Shown piece by piece: positions 18,769-29,319 of a stretch of 64,000 nucleotides of DNA (position 1 is its first letter; each line of letters opens with the position of its first letter). The notes beneath the pieces were generated by a model. It did not search any database. It was given only the letters and a program-made list of their open reading frames with translations, and was not told where the DNA came from. The position numbers and the translations under genes were made by a program. The stretch covers positions 1 to 64,000 of the IMG/VR virus record IMGVR_UViG_3300029945_000001; one strand, written 5' to 3'.

Positions 18769-20154
18769 ATGGATTTCAAAGAGGCAACAGATTCAGTTTT
18801 GTCATATCTATTAGACGTTTGTTTTAGTAAATTATCAAGTCTTCCTACTTTGGGAAAAGAAGATATTAAAAAGATCATCGATACTCTAATTATTGAAAAG
18901 AAAGCTACTATTGCTGTAAATACAGATCTTGGTATTTGTGTTACTAGACTTGTTGATTTCGGCAATTGGGATGATTATTGCTATGGTATCGTTGATACGG
19001 TTGCTAAAGATATTGCTAAATATATTAGTACTAATTTACATTTCATCAGAAATGATGCTGTTGATATTGCTACTCATATTTCCAATAAAATTGAAAGCAA
19101 TTTACCAAATGTTGAAGACCCGATTATATATGAAAAGAATATTATTGATTGGGGTCGCTTAAATGATGAAAATTTGATGTCTAATGTTTCATTGATTTTA
19201 AATAATAGATTCAATATGGAATCTATTGCCTCCACTGTCGGTTCTTCTGTAATTGCTATTAATAGAATTAAAAATTCTAAGATCAAAACAATCCATACTG
19301 ATTATATTACTAAAGTTCTTAAATCGACAGAGTGTAATGAATTTACCAGTATTCTTACTGATAATATTTCTTTTGCTAGATTTGTCATTGACTTAGCAGA
19401 TAAGTTAGCACACGCCTTTTATAGAACTAATCTAAAATCAATTATTGAAAAAATTGATTACTATGAAGATAAAATTATTCATCTTGGTGCCGACAATGAA
19501 TTTGGGGAATCTGCTCCCGCTCTCGATGAAAATATTGAAGTCTTAAAAGTTGTTATTATGTTAACTCGTTATGTTCTCAATTACTATCGTAATATCAATA
19601 AAGATGTTTTATTCTTTGATAAGACCACGATCAATTCTGATGCTTTACATGATGTTGACCACGATGCTGTTGATTTATATTCTATCTTTATCAATAGTAG
19701 TAAGTATAATGGACGAGATGTTCGTTTTGGTGTCACGAAAGATTATGTTAATTCTTCTAAAGAGAATCTTAAAGATATTGTTGAAGCTACACAGAATGAG
19801 CGCAATAATAATTTTAAAATCATCTATGAGAATAAACAACGTGAATTGTTAATTTATGAGATGAATATGTATTATAAAGACTTGATTGAAAAAGATCCTA
19901 GAGCTAATATTCTTATTGATAAATTGAATGATTCTATTGGTTTATCGATCAGTCTTTTGAATACAAATTCTCTGGTTGATATTTTGGTCAAATTTGTTAT
20001 TGAAATGGAAGATAATAAACTTATGAAATTGTTATATACTGCCATTAATTATTATATCAACAAATTAGTTGATGTTAAAGAAATCTCTTCTGAAGACATC
20101 GCAACAACTTTATATTTGGGAACTGGTGATACTATCTTGACTGTTATCGAATAA
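18769..20154 (+). CDS. Hypothetical protein (461 aa, helical, possibly virion)
   Basis: Long ORF with AAGGGA RBS, bounded by hairpins. Confidence 0.75.
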   Translation: MDFKEATDSVLSYLLDVCFSKLSSLPTLGKEDIKKIIDTLIIEKKATIAVNTDLGICVTRLVDFGNWDDYCYGIVDTVAKDIAKYISTNLHFIRNDAVDIATHISNKIESNLPNVEDPIIYEKNIIDWGRLNDENLMSNVSLILNNRFNMESIASTVGSSVIAINRIKNSKIKTIHTDYITKVLKSTECNEFTSILTDNISFARFVIDLADKLAHAFYRTNLKSIIEKIDYYEDKIIHLGADNEFGESAPALDENIEVLKVVIMLTRYVLNYYRNINKDVLFFDKTTINSDALHDVDHDAVDLYSIFINSSKYNGRDVRFGVTKDYVNSSKENLKDIVEATQNERNNNFKIIYENKQRELLIYEMNMYYKDLIEKDPRANILIDKLNDSIGLSISLLNTNSLVDILVKFVIEMEDNKLMKLLYTAINYYINKLVDVKEISSEDIATTLYLGTGDTILTVIE

Positions 20155-20169
20155 TCTATTTATGACTTG

Positions 20170-20201
20170 ATCACGGGAAGGGCGTAGGCCCTTCCCGTGA
20201 T
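20170..20201. terminator. Hairpin ATCACGGGAAGGGC-GTAG-GCCCTTCCCGTGAT between convergent genes
   Basis: 14-bp stem. Confidence 0.75.
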
Positions 20202-20210
20202 AAGTACATC

Positions 20211-23120
20211 TCAATTTGATAATTTAAATGTAATATTAATATTAGGCTCTAACGACAATGTATTTGCAATAGGATCACAAACAAGTTGTAATGGGATAAC
20301 TGGAATCATATTTGTATTCTGATTAAACAAAGTTTGTAGTGAAGTATCGCCGTTGATACCATTAACATCAGCAGATGTAATCTGATCGGGGAATGCATTT
20401 TCAATTAATGATTCAATATATGTCATTGATATAGTTTCTTCTGTAAGAACAACATTTATAATATCGATAACTTTATTCTTAATAACATTCTGACTGGATT
20501 CACTATCTATAACAGACATTGTCACATAGAGAGTCATATCAAATATCAAGCCAATATCAACAGTTGTTGTTTTACCATTTCCAATATATAAAGTAATATT
20601 TCCAATTGAGTTATTAGGAACAAAGTACAACTCTGTTCTTTCTAACAAACTATTTTGCATAGTTGTAATAGTAGTAAGGTACGAATTGACAACAGAAGAT
20701 AAATTCGATACAAAGGATATATCTGTTGTATTATCACTATAAAACAGTCTAATATCAAATAACATTGAAGTGATGTAATATACTAATGTTCTATCGGCCA
20801 TAACAATAGGATTGCCAAACTCATCTAATACTAAATCATTGATATTGTGTTCAATTATTTTATTTCCTGTAGCATCTAGAACAAAGTCTCCACTATTATG
20901 AATAATTGTTAATTCAGGAACTCCATTATTAATTGTATATGTAGGAACCCCAGTACTATCAGTTGCATATACATCATTCTGATAGGTATGATAAACAGTA
21001 CTGATATATTTTTTATATGTTTGTGAACTATAAGAAGCATCTGTAATATTAAAGATTGTATTTGATAAATTAGTACCAAAAATAATATCAATAGATTGTT
21101 TACTAATACCAATATATTTAGTATAAGGACTTATTAATGATCCAGTAATCGTAGAGTCAATAGCTGCTCCAGTGATAACACCAGGAGCTACTAAAAAATA
21201 AACTTCAAATGTAGTTTCTAAATCTATATAACAATCTGTAGTATCTGTTTGTGTTTGATACAATGTTGTTTCAAAAGTATCGTCATTTTTAATAAGGTAT
21301 GTTGTTGGAATAGACACTTCATAAACATACATGGAAGAACCATTTGTAGCAGTCTGTATTCCGCCATATGTTGCATAAGCATACATGCTACTACTATCAG
21401 AAGCAACTGTTTTTAAAAGAACAACAACATTAGATTGATCAATAGCTGTCATATCTGATGTAGGAATACACCCTAATGTAATATTAAAACCACCAGTACC
21501 ATTATCTAAATGATTAACGATCACATCGACAATAGAGATCTGTGCACTCACATTTGAATTTTCAGCAATGAAATTGATATTATTACATTTAGGAGAAGTA
21601 AGATCATAAGAAACTGAAACGGGATAATCTTCTGATAAATATGTTACAATATGGAAAGGACATTTTAAAATAGTTTCGTTGTTTAATAATGTTGCCAGGT
21701 CAGTTTTTGATAATTTATCTAAACCAGAAACATATGTATCTGTTAGTGGGGTTGCGACCATACTTATTTTAGAATATGTATAATACATTGTTGGTAGTAT
21801 AGTTATTGTATTACTATTAAAGTTAAGAATAGATTTAATGTCTGAAGTATTTGTTGTATCTATTTGAATATTACCATTAACTAAAGGAACATATGAATTG
21901 GCACCACCAGAAATAGTAGCACTACCATTAAGAATACGAGATGTGATATTATCAACATATCGTGTTAATGTAAATCCATTCTTAGCAAAGAATGTTTCTA
22001 ATTCTTCTTCTGTCACAGGGACTGAATCATCCAGAGCATCTGCATTAATAGCTGCTTTTAACTGATCAAATGTTAATGCACTAGAACCTCCTGTAATAAC
22101 AGTATCTAATGGAGTTAAACTCAATGTTGATAAATTCTTTAAAATAGAAGAATATGAAGTCACATCATAGAAATCTAAGTTAAGATCGATATTACCAGTA
22201 GAAGACTCTACTGATGTAATAACATAGTCTAATGATCCTTGTGTTGTATATGTTTCAATTAATATCTTGTTTCCCATAAGTCCACTAGAAAAATAAACTG
22301 ATGGAATAGTTACAACATAAGACGATATGTCTGAATAAATATCAAGCTTAGCTGTAGGAACAGTAACATCATAAACATCTTTTGTTAATGTATATTCAAT
22401 TTCTTCCCATGCATTATTTGTTCCAGTATTTGTATAAATCCTAGCAGCATAAAACTGATCAGTATAAGGAATAGACATATTAAAACCTTCAGTATCCGTA
22501 ATCGTTTTTTGACTGACGGATACATCAAATTGAAAAACAGGGATGTCTATACTAATTAGACTTAATAATGAAAATGAATATGGTCCAATTGTTGTCAAAA
22601 CATTAGATGATAATGTATAAAGAGGATTTATAACTGAAGTATCCCAATAAATATTAAATGTGTTTGTAACACTATTGATATCTATATTGATAGGATAATA
22701 AATACCAAATGTTAAATTTCCAATTGTAAAAATAGTTCCTCTCGGTATAACAACTCTATTGTACTGAGAATTATATTTAATAGCATTACTAATGAGGTAA
22801 TTTGCATCTAGAGTAACACGTACTGTTGTATTAGCAGGTCCTGCTGTAATTTTTACGAAATCGAAGTTACTAACATGATAGAGCAGTTCTTTCATAGTTG
22901 TAGCTCTTTGAGCATAATAAACATTATTAGCACTTTTGAATAGATTAACTGATTGTGAACACATAGAAGACCCAGCTTCTAATAAATTACAAAAAGCATT
23001 ATTAGGATCAGCGATATCATATATTCCATTTTGTCTATTGGAAATTTCATCTAGAATTTTATAAACCATAGTTCCCGGATTTGCTAATATTTCACTTCCT
23101 AATGTAATATCATCAAACAT
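20211..23120 (-). CDS. Virion structural protein, probable baseplate wedge (phiKZ gp87-like)
   Basis: 969 aa; DPNNAFCNLLE..YAQRATTMKELLYH N-terminus, IPRGTIFT, TTQG, GGS; beta-rich; synteny. Confidence 0.62.
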   Translation of the reverse strand: MFDDITLGSEILANPGTMVYKILDEISNRQNGIYDIADPNNAFCNLLEAGSSMCSQSVNLFKSANNVYYAQRATTMKELLYHVSNFDFVKITAGPANTTVRVTLDANYLISNAIKYNSQYNRVVIPRGTIFTIGNLTFGIYYPINIDINSVTNTFNIYWDTSVINPLYTLSSNVLTTIGPYSFSLLSLISIDIPVFQFDVSVSQKTITDTEGFNMSIPYTDQFYAARIYTNTGTNNAWEEIEYTLTKDVYDVTVPTAKLDIYSDISSYVVTIPSVYFSSGLMGNKILIETYTTQGSLDYVITSVESSTGNIDLNLDFYDVTSYSSILKNLSTLSLTPLDTVITGGSSALTFDQLKAAINADALDDSVPVTEEELETFFAKNGFTLTRYVDNITSRILNGSATISGGANSYVPLVNGNIQIDTTNTSDIKSILNFNSNTITILPTMYYTYSKISMVATPLTDTYVSGLDKLSKTDLATLLNNETILKCPFHIVTYLSEDYPVSVSYDLTSPKCNNINFIAENSNVSAQISIVDVIVNHLDNGTGGFNITLGCIPTSDMTAIDQSNVVVLLKTVASDSSSMYAYATYGGIQTATNGSSMYVYEVSIPTTYLIKNDDTFETTLYQTQTDTTDCYIDLETTFEVYFLVAPGVITGAAIDSTITGSLISPYTKYIGISKQSIDIIFGTNLSNTIFNITDASYSSQTYKKYISTVYHTYQNDVYATDSTGVPTYTINNGVPELTIIHNSGDFVLDATGNKIIEHNINDLVLDEFGNPIVMADRTLVYYITSMLFDIRLFYSDNTTDISFVSNLSSVVNSYLTTITTMQNSLLERTELYFVPNNSIGNITLYIGNGKTTTVDIGLIFDMTLYVTMSVIDSESSQNVIKNKVIDIINVVLTEETISMTYIESLIENAFPDQITSADVNGINGDTSLQTLFNQNTNMIPVIPLQLVCDPIANTLSLEPNINITFKLSN

Positions 23121-23134
23121 CGATCTTGTCTCCT

Positions 23135-24319
23135 TTAGACACCCATAGTCTCTTTCATAGCTTCAACAGATTTTGATGGTAACGTTGAATTTACTGTAAT
23201 GTCTTCAAACATTGATTCTATTTTACTTTTATATGGGTTGTCTAATGATTTATCTGTTAAGAACACCATTTCATTCATACCCACTTTCTTACTATTAAAT
23301 AAACCATAAGTATCAACATATGGAAATCCGATATAGTTATAATTTGAAGAGACTGGAACTTTTGTATAACTTTGTATATCAGAAATAGTTTTATCTCCGC
23401 TGAACTTCATAGTAACTCTATTAAAATCTTGAAATATCATAGGATTCATATATTCTATTTTATTACAGAAGAAGTTTACGCTTAAATTAATATTCTCATG
23501 TAAGAATGCTTGTTTTTCACTATGATTAAATGACTGACCAATAGGGTGTGATTTGAACATACATCCAGTTGCTTTAGCCCATTTTGTAATATACTGTCTT
23601 GAAGGATCTAAAATAAATCTATAAATAGAACATGTATAATTCATTCTTCTTAAGAAGATATCGTCCTGATAAGCAACAGTTAAACCAGTTGGTAATAGTT
23701 CAACATAATGCAACCAGTAATATAACAAAGCACTGATAAAACTACCTTGAATATCTCTGAATGTTAAATTTAAATCATATGTTCTATTCAACATATCTGA
23801 ACCACGAACAAATGTAAAATCTTCACAGAAGAATCCTTCTGCAATTGTTTCAGTATCGAGTGTAGGATCTGGCCAACCAGTCTGACTCATTAATGTATTA
23901 GATAATGGGATAAGAAAAGGAGAATTATTATCAATAAATGGACACTGGTCCGCTAATGGTTTAAATACTCCAGAATCTGCTAAATATGTATCCAGCATCA
24001 TTCTGACTGCAAAATTAATACTTGTAGTATCAATGGTATCTAACATAGCCATTACGTTATCTCGTCTTAAAGAAGGCATAGATAAATTAAGTCTAGGTCT
24101 TGTTATAAAAGTAAGACCTGGTGTATCAGTAACAGGCAACATAACATTTCTATTAAATCGATCATACGATGCCAAAATGTTTTCATATTGATACTCAGAA
24201 CTGCCGAAACCCGAATACATAAAAGATTGTTTTGTAAGAAGATCCATTATTTCTTGGTGTTCGCCATCATAAAGACTTATATTTCCAGTACTAGCTTTTT
24301 GTATTTCATAGTCGCCCAT
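23135..24319 (-). CDS. Virion structural protein, tail-tube-like (phiKZ gp88-like)
   Basis: GLTFITRPRLNLS, PFLIPLSN, GWPD, YTCSIYRFILD motifs; GGAGG RBS before ATG 24319. Confidence 0.62.
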   Translation of the reverse strand: MGDYEIQKASTGNISLYDGEHQEIMDLLTKQSFMYSGFGSSEYQYENILASYDRFNRNVMLPVTDTPGLTFITRPRLNLSMPSLRRDNVMAMLDTIDTTSINFAVRMMLDTYLADSGVFKPLADQCPFIDNNSPFLIPLSNTLMSQTGWPDPTLDTETIAEGFFCEDFTFVRGSDMLNRTYDLNLTFRDIQGSFISALLYYWLHYVELLPTGLTVAYQDDIFLRRMNYTCSIYRFILDPSRQYITKWAKATGCMFKSHPIGQSFNHSEKQAFLHENINLSVNFFCNKIEYMNPMIFQDFNRVTMKFSGDKTISDIQSYTKVPVSSNYNYIGFPYVDTYGLFNSKKVGMNEMVFLTDKSLDNPYKSKIESMFEDITVNSTLPSKSVEAMKETMGV

Positions 24320-24405
24320 ATGGAATTCGCCTCCATAAAGTGTACAAATCATAGTATATTTTAAAAAGATATTTTATAGATTGTGGAATTATAAGGATTT
24401 CCAAA

Positions 24406-25785
24406 ATGGCTATTCCTGCCGTGCTTACTGCCGTCTCTGGCGTTTCGTCTATGCTTAATGCTGTAAAGTCATTAGGTGTTAAAACTCCAGAAGGTGAGGT
24501 TACTGTTGGTGATGTTATTAATGCCACTAAAGATATTAAAGATAGTGCTAATGTAAGTCTTTTTTCATTTGCTAAAAAGAGCATGATCATAAGCCGTATT
24601 TACATCGACGAAACTGTTGCTTCTGAACCTATCATGACAGATGTCGTTAAAACAACACACAACTTATTTGCTGCTCTTGTCCTTAATGCTCTCCAGATGA
24701 ACAATTATGTTACCGGTGGTAAGACTATTGAAAGCATGATTAAGGTTGTCGCTACTGAATCTCTGACAAAAGAACATGTTTCTTCTATTGCCGCTTTCGA
24801 AGCTATGAATACAACATATAAAACAAAAATTAAATTAAACAGAAATGTCTTTAGTTTAGAAGATTTAAAGGAAGATGAATTTAAATATAAGCAGCAAAAA
24901 GATGCTGTTGATTACATCATCGACCATAGTAAAGATGCTTATAAAAGAAATAAAGATGAACAAGATCGTACTCATCAGGACAATCGTGATAAGACACAAG
25001 ATGAGAAAGATCGTTTGGCTCAGAAGAGCAGACAACAAGATACAATGCTTAAAATTATGGATCTTGAAAATAAGAATAAGCAGACTCCTTATGGTACAAA
25101 AGGCCAGGTTGTCTCATTAGCTGGTGACAATCATATTCCTGCTGGTAAAGTTATTGAAGTTACTCTACAGAACCCTGATAATCATCACGCCAATGTCACT
25201 ATTAATTTATTAGTTCAGATGTCTCCCTACATCATGCCGATCCGTGTTGCTATTGAAGCTATTAAACTGAATGTTGTTCATACATTTATGCAGCGCTACT
25301 TACAGTGGAAGACTGGTGAGATTTCTTTCTGGGGCGATCTTGTGTTTAATATGGATGTTATTCGTGATCGTAATAAAGCTATGCGTCAGGATAGCACTGG
25401 TATTCTATCTGAGATGGCTAAACAGCAGACTAAAAATCGTGGTAAAGCATATGCTAATATTGCTTATAAGCAAGCAGACCGTTCTCGCAATTTAGCAAAT
25501 GCTGTCATGGTATTTAGCGGCGATGCTGCTAAATTGGCTCAGGCAGAATCTGGTTTTACATTTGAAAATAAAGAAATGCGCGATGACTTCTTTGCTAAGT
25601 CTTTTACCATGATGATTATCATTGTTGATACGATGTACAATACTGTCACTATGTATTACAATGGTTTAGATACTGTTTCTACATTTACATTTGATCAAAT
25701 GAAAACATCTGCTAAGGGTGGTGGGAACTTAGATATTGTCTCTGTTCTTAATGCTTTAAACCAGGGCAAGGCTCCTAAGTTCTAA
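24406..25785 (+). CDS. Internal head protein (phiKZ gp89-like)
   Basis: GKVIEV and WKTGEISFWGDL motifs; ATE/AFE/SLE protease-type sites; divergent from the gp88-like gene as in phiKZ. Confidence 0.62.
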   Translation: MAIPAVLTAVSGVSSMLNAVKSLGVKTPEGEVTVGDVINATKDIKDSANVSLFSFAKKSMIISRIYIDETVASEPIMTDVVKTTHNLFAALVLNALQMNNYVTGGKTIESMIKVVATESLTKEHVSSIAAFEAMNTTYKTKIKLNRNVFSLEDLKEDEFKYKQQKDAVDYIIDHSKDAYKRNKDEQDRTHQDNRDKTQDEKDRLAQKSRQQDTMLKIMDLENKNKQTPYGTKGQVVSLAGDNHIPAGKVIEVTLQNPDNHHANVTINLLVQMSPYIMPIRVAIEAIKLNVVHTFMQRYLQWKTGEISFWGDLVFNMDVIRDRNKAMRQDSTGILSEMAKQQTKNRGKAYANIAYKQADRSRNLANAVMVFSGDAAKLAQAESGFTFENKEMRDDFFAKSFTMMIIIVDTMYNTVTMYYNGLDTVSTFTFDQMKTSAKGGGNLDIVSVLNALNQGKAPKF

Positions 25786-25799
25786 GAAAGGTTCTTTCC

Positions 25800-26783
25800 A
25801 TGAAATTTATGTTAGGTGGGTTCTTCTCCCGCATCTTCAAGTCTAAGAAGAATTCTATTCGTAAGTCTGATTTATTAGATATTATTGATATCAATCTTGA
25901 AAATGTTGACGATATGATCGATATCACTTCTAAGAGTATTGATGTCTTAAAATCTTTAACGGTTATTATTAGAAATAAGAAACAGAACCATAACATTTCT
26001 GATTTTTATAATCATTATAGTAATTTCTTGAAGTTGACAAATACTACAGTTGCTGGTTTAGAATCTAAAGCTATGTTGAGTTCTTTTATTACTCTATTTA
26101 AGATCATGGAAAACGATTTGACAATTATTAGAAATGAATTTAATACTGTTTTTAGTGCGGGAACAGACCCTACTGAGATTACTATTGAACAGATGAAGAT
26201 GTCTCATGCTTCTTGTATCGGTTATATTCAGTTCATTCCTAAAGTTATCAACTTTTATACTTACATGTTTGATTACATGATGGCAGATGCTACAAATACA
26301 GTCGATACTGTTCCTCGGTATCGTATTGAAGAAATTATTGCAAATACGAATGCTGTTGCTTCATTCTTTGATATTCTATTCAATCGTAGATCTGGTCAGA
26401 CTATTTTAACTGAAATTGAAATGATGCGTAAGAATAATAATGACTTCTTTATTCAGACGGATAAAGTCGTTATTGATGATACTGTTAATTTCAATGATTA
26501 TAGCATTGCTATTAAAGGGTTATTGAATACTGGATTTGCTGTATTCTCTCCTATTTTGTTTGTTATGGATTCTATTGAAAGTGTCAAGCGTCGTATTAAT
26601 GAAGAACGTAAATATAGAAAAGATTGGTTATTGGCTAAGATTTCATTATATCGCCAGATGATGCAGAAGTTGGATACTGAATCTGCCGATTATAGAAAAC
26701 TCGAAGAATTGGTTAATAAATTGAATGACGAAGTTACAAAATGCGATAAGGCTATCCATGATTTCGAGGTAGGCCATGGCTAA
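25800..26783 (+). CDS. Internal head protein (phiKZ gp90-like)
   Basis: Helical protein with C-terminal coiled coil; synteny. Confidence 0.55.
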   Translation: MKFMLGGFFSRIFKSKKNSIRKSDLLDIIDINLENVDDMIDITSKSIDVLKSLTVIIRNKKQNHNISDFYNHYSNFLKLTNTTVAGLESKAMLSSFITLFKIMENDLTIIRNEFNTVFSAGTDPTEITIEQMKMSHASCIGYIQFIPKVINFYTYMFDYMMADATNTVDTVPRYRIEEIIANTNAVASFFDILFNRRSGQTILTEIEMMRKNNNDFFIQTDKVVIDDTVNFNDYSIAIKGLLNTGFAVFSPILFVMDSIESVKRRINEERKYRKDWLLAKISLYRQMMQKLDTESADYRKLEELVNKLNDEVTKCDKAIHDFEVGHG

Positions 26784-27732
26784 TTCAAGACTCGATAGAC
26801 AGGCTGATATTAAGAAATTCAAGTTACTGAGTAGTGATTCTGATATTGCTTATTTTATGATTATGGTTCTTAAGTATACCAATCTACTAAGACGGTTTAA
26901 TGATAAAAATTATGTATTTGAAAAAGGTATTCATTATCTACATGAATTCAAACAGTTCTCATTGACACCAATGCCAACTGAATTAGATTATGATGAGCAG
27001 TTTGGTGTCTATGGTAATAAAACTAAAAATATTCAGAATACGGTTTTACAGAAATTTATTTCATCTTCCATTAATACAAATATTATGACAATGTATGCTG
27101 GTCTATTTAAATGTATTGATAGAATGACAACTGGTAGATCATTATCAGTAAATATTGATACATTAGATCCCATTTCTTTAGAATATGTTAAATCTATATT
27201 GAAGCTAACTAATTTCAATAATACGAAAACTATAAGTGGCGATAACAATATTCTTTATAATTTGGAAACAACACTTTATAGTACAATGATTGGCTCTTTA
27301 AATGGTGTTGCAAAATCCATTTCTTATATCAGCCCTTTTATTGACAAGATAAGAACTATCACAACATCTGAAGTATTAGAGTTTAAAGATCATGTAAGTA
27401 TTTTAAGAATTTTTATCTATATCATTTGCAGAATGACAAATACAAGTATAAATGAAATTGAATGTAATTTTAAACATGTTCATCATAGAAGATTAGATTT
27501 TAAAATATCTAATAGCACACTATTGTGTGCTCCTATTTCTCTTCCTGTTATCAAATCTATTCCAGAAGAAAATTATCAAATTTCGAATGATGGTAGTGAA
27601 TACCTTATTGCTATGGAAGATTATTTCTCTAGATTAGCAGGCTTGTATACACGATTCAATGAAGACAATGTTTCAGTCATTAATAAGAAGTTAAAATCTC
27701 CGTTATATACTACGAATGCTATTTGGGGCTAG
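26776..27732 (+). CDS. Hypothetical virion-cluster protein
   Basis: 318-aa ORF, GAGG RBS, overlaps the previous gene. Confidence 0.7.
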   Translation: MANSRLDRQADIKKFKLLSSDSDIAYFMIMVLKYTNLLRRFNDKNYVFEKGIHYLHEFKQFSLTPMPTELDYDEQFGVYGNKTKNIQNTVLQKFISSSINTNIMTMYAGLFKCIDRMTTGRSLSVNIDTLDPISLEYVKSILKLTNFNNTKTISGDNNILYNLETTLYSTMIGSLNGVAKSISYISPFIDKIRTITTSEVLEFKDHVSILRIFIYIICRMTNTSINEIECNFKHVHHRRLDFKISNSTLLCAPISLPVIKSIPEENYQISNDGSEYLIAMEDYFSRLAGLYTRFNEDNVSVINKKLKSPLYTTNAIWG

Positions 27733-27766
27733 TATTTTTCACAGACACAAGAACGAGTCAAAAATC

Positions 27767-29209
27767 ATGGCAAATACAAAAAAGCGTATTTCACTATCGA
27801 ATGTCATTTCGATTGTGTCTCAGTTCAAGGATGCGATCAATGGTGTTCGTAGTGGCCTTGAGAATATGCAGCATATTAGCTGCGAATTGAAAGAATCTCG
27901 TCATATCGCTAATGTTCTCAGACACGGTGGTATGAACAAATCTATTATCTCTATTATTAATCCTGGTAATATTCACACTGGTTCTATTAAATCTATGCCT
28001 GCTCAAGAATCCCTTGATGATGTTGATGTCGATCCTACAGATCGCCGTGTTGAAAGTTTAACTTCTGAAATAGATGATATTAATGATTCCAATAATACTC
28101 GTATAAAGGATTGGTTGGGTAATGTCAGAGATAACCTTGGTGAAGTCTTCTCGAAACTCGAAGACAATGTTGCTCTGCTTGATGCGCAATTGGATAAAAC
28201 TTCTGCTCGCCTTTCCACGAATAGTGTTGAAAATACTGAAGTCAATAATACTGCTCTTGTTGCGATCAATTCTTCGGCCTTGTTAGAAAAATTAAATGTA
28301 CTTAAAAATCTGATTAAAGATATCGATATTAAACACATTGATCCTCTGGATAATGATAGTATTAATGCTGTTGCTGAACATCTGAAATCTTTTGTTGAAG
28401 CTCTCAATCCTATTACTGGTGCTCAATATGATCAGTCTTCAAATACAATTATTCATTTAAAAGATAATATCAAAGAAAATTATATTGAATCGAAGGGTAC
28501 TGTCAATAATCTCGGTTACAGTTACCAGAATGTTCTGGAAATCATTACCGCTGCTGATGAACTCTGTGATGAACTTGAAGTGCTCATCGGTCGCGCTGAA
28601 GGCATTTTGACCAATGTCTCTGACATGGTCAACTATGCTCATGGTGTCGACAATGATGTTCCGCCTCAGGTTGAAAATGCTATTGGTAATGAGGATGATA
28701 TCGAGACACCGTCAAACGTGTCACAAATCGACATCATTCATGATAATATAGCTCATCACGTATCGCTGTTTATCGAAACTATTGATGCTGCGTTATCGTG
28801 CATTTCTTGTGTTCTGCATGTTGCAGATCCGTTTACAAAGAAAGAGGACATCATGCCTGATATAGATGAAAACTTGGACATCGTCACCGACGCCGAAGAC
28901 ATTCTGGATGCCGATCCTGCCAATCTGGTGGTCGAAGACGAGGAAGTCGAAGTTCCCGCCGACCTCGAATTCGGTGCTGTCGAAGATGCTGAGCTGGCTG
29001 GCGAAGGCAATGGCGCCGAGAACACCTTCGAAGATCCTATCGATCTGCCGGAAAAGACCGAGGACAAGCTGGAAGGTGAAGGGTTCGAGGACCCCGAGAA
29101 CGACGGCCAGCATCATGAGATCAACAACGACGATCCCGAAAATGCCGGCAATGGCGAACGCCATGAAGAAGACTCGGCCGGCGCCGAAGTCGATCCTGAA
29201 AACCTGTAA
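27767..29209 (+). CDS. Internal head protein (gp93-family-like) with very acidic, GC-rich C-terminal 118 aa
   Basis: SGLE and PAQES protease-type sites, helical core; probable start 27767 (MANTKK); internal RBS and ATG at 28853. Confidence 0.6.
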   Translation: MANTKKRISLSNVISIVSQFKDAINGVRSGLENMQHISCELKESRHIANVLRHGGMNKSIISIINPGNIHTGSIKSMPAQESLDDVDVDPTDRRVESLTSEIDDINDSNNTRIKDWLGNVRDNLGEVFSKLEDNVALLDAQLDKTSARLSTNSVENTEVNNTALVAINSSALLEKLNVLKNLIKDIDIKHIDPLDNDSINAVAEHLKSFVEALNPITGAQYDQSSNTIIHLKDNIKENYIESKGTVNNLGYSYQNVLEIITAADELCDELEVLIGRAEGILTNVSDMVNYAHGVDNDVPPQVENAIGNEDDIETPSNVSQIDIIHDNIAHHVSLFIETIDAALSCISCVLHVADPFTKKEDIMPDIDENLDIVTDAEDILDADPANLVVEDEEVEVPADLEFGAVEDAELAGEGNGAENTFEDPIDLPEKTEDKLEGEGFEDPENDGQHHEINNDDPENAGNGERHEEDSAGAEVDPENL

Positions 29210-29225
29210 TTTTTCAGGCTGATCA

Positions 29226-29258
29226 TATACCAGGTGGAGCATTGCTCCACCTGGTATA
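29226..29258 (+). terminator. Palindrome TATACCAGGTGGAGCA-T-TGCTCCACCTGGTATA
   Basis: 16-bp arms after a stop; T-rich downstream. Confidence 0.75.
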
Positions 29259-29319
29259 GATTTTCTTATTATTTTAGACCACTTTATAGATCATTTCTTT
29301 TTTATACGAAAGGACAAAA

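Noticed and set aside
28003-29242. Several overlapping alternative-frame and antisense ORFs
   Set aside because: Expected from locally high GC and codon bias; no RBS or protein-like features noticed.
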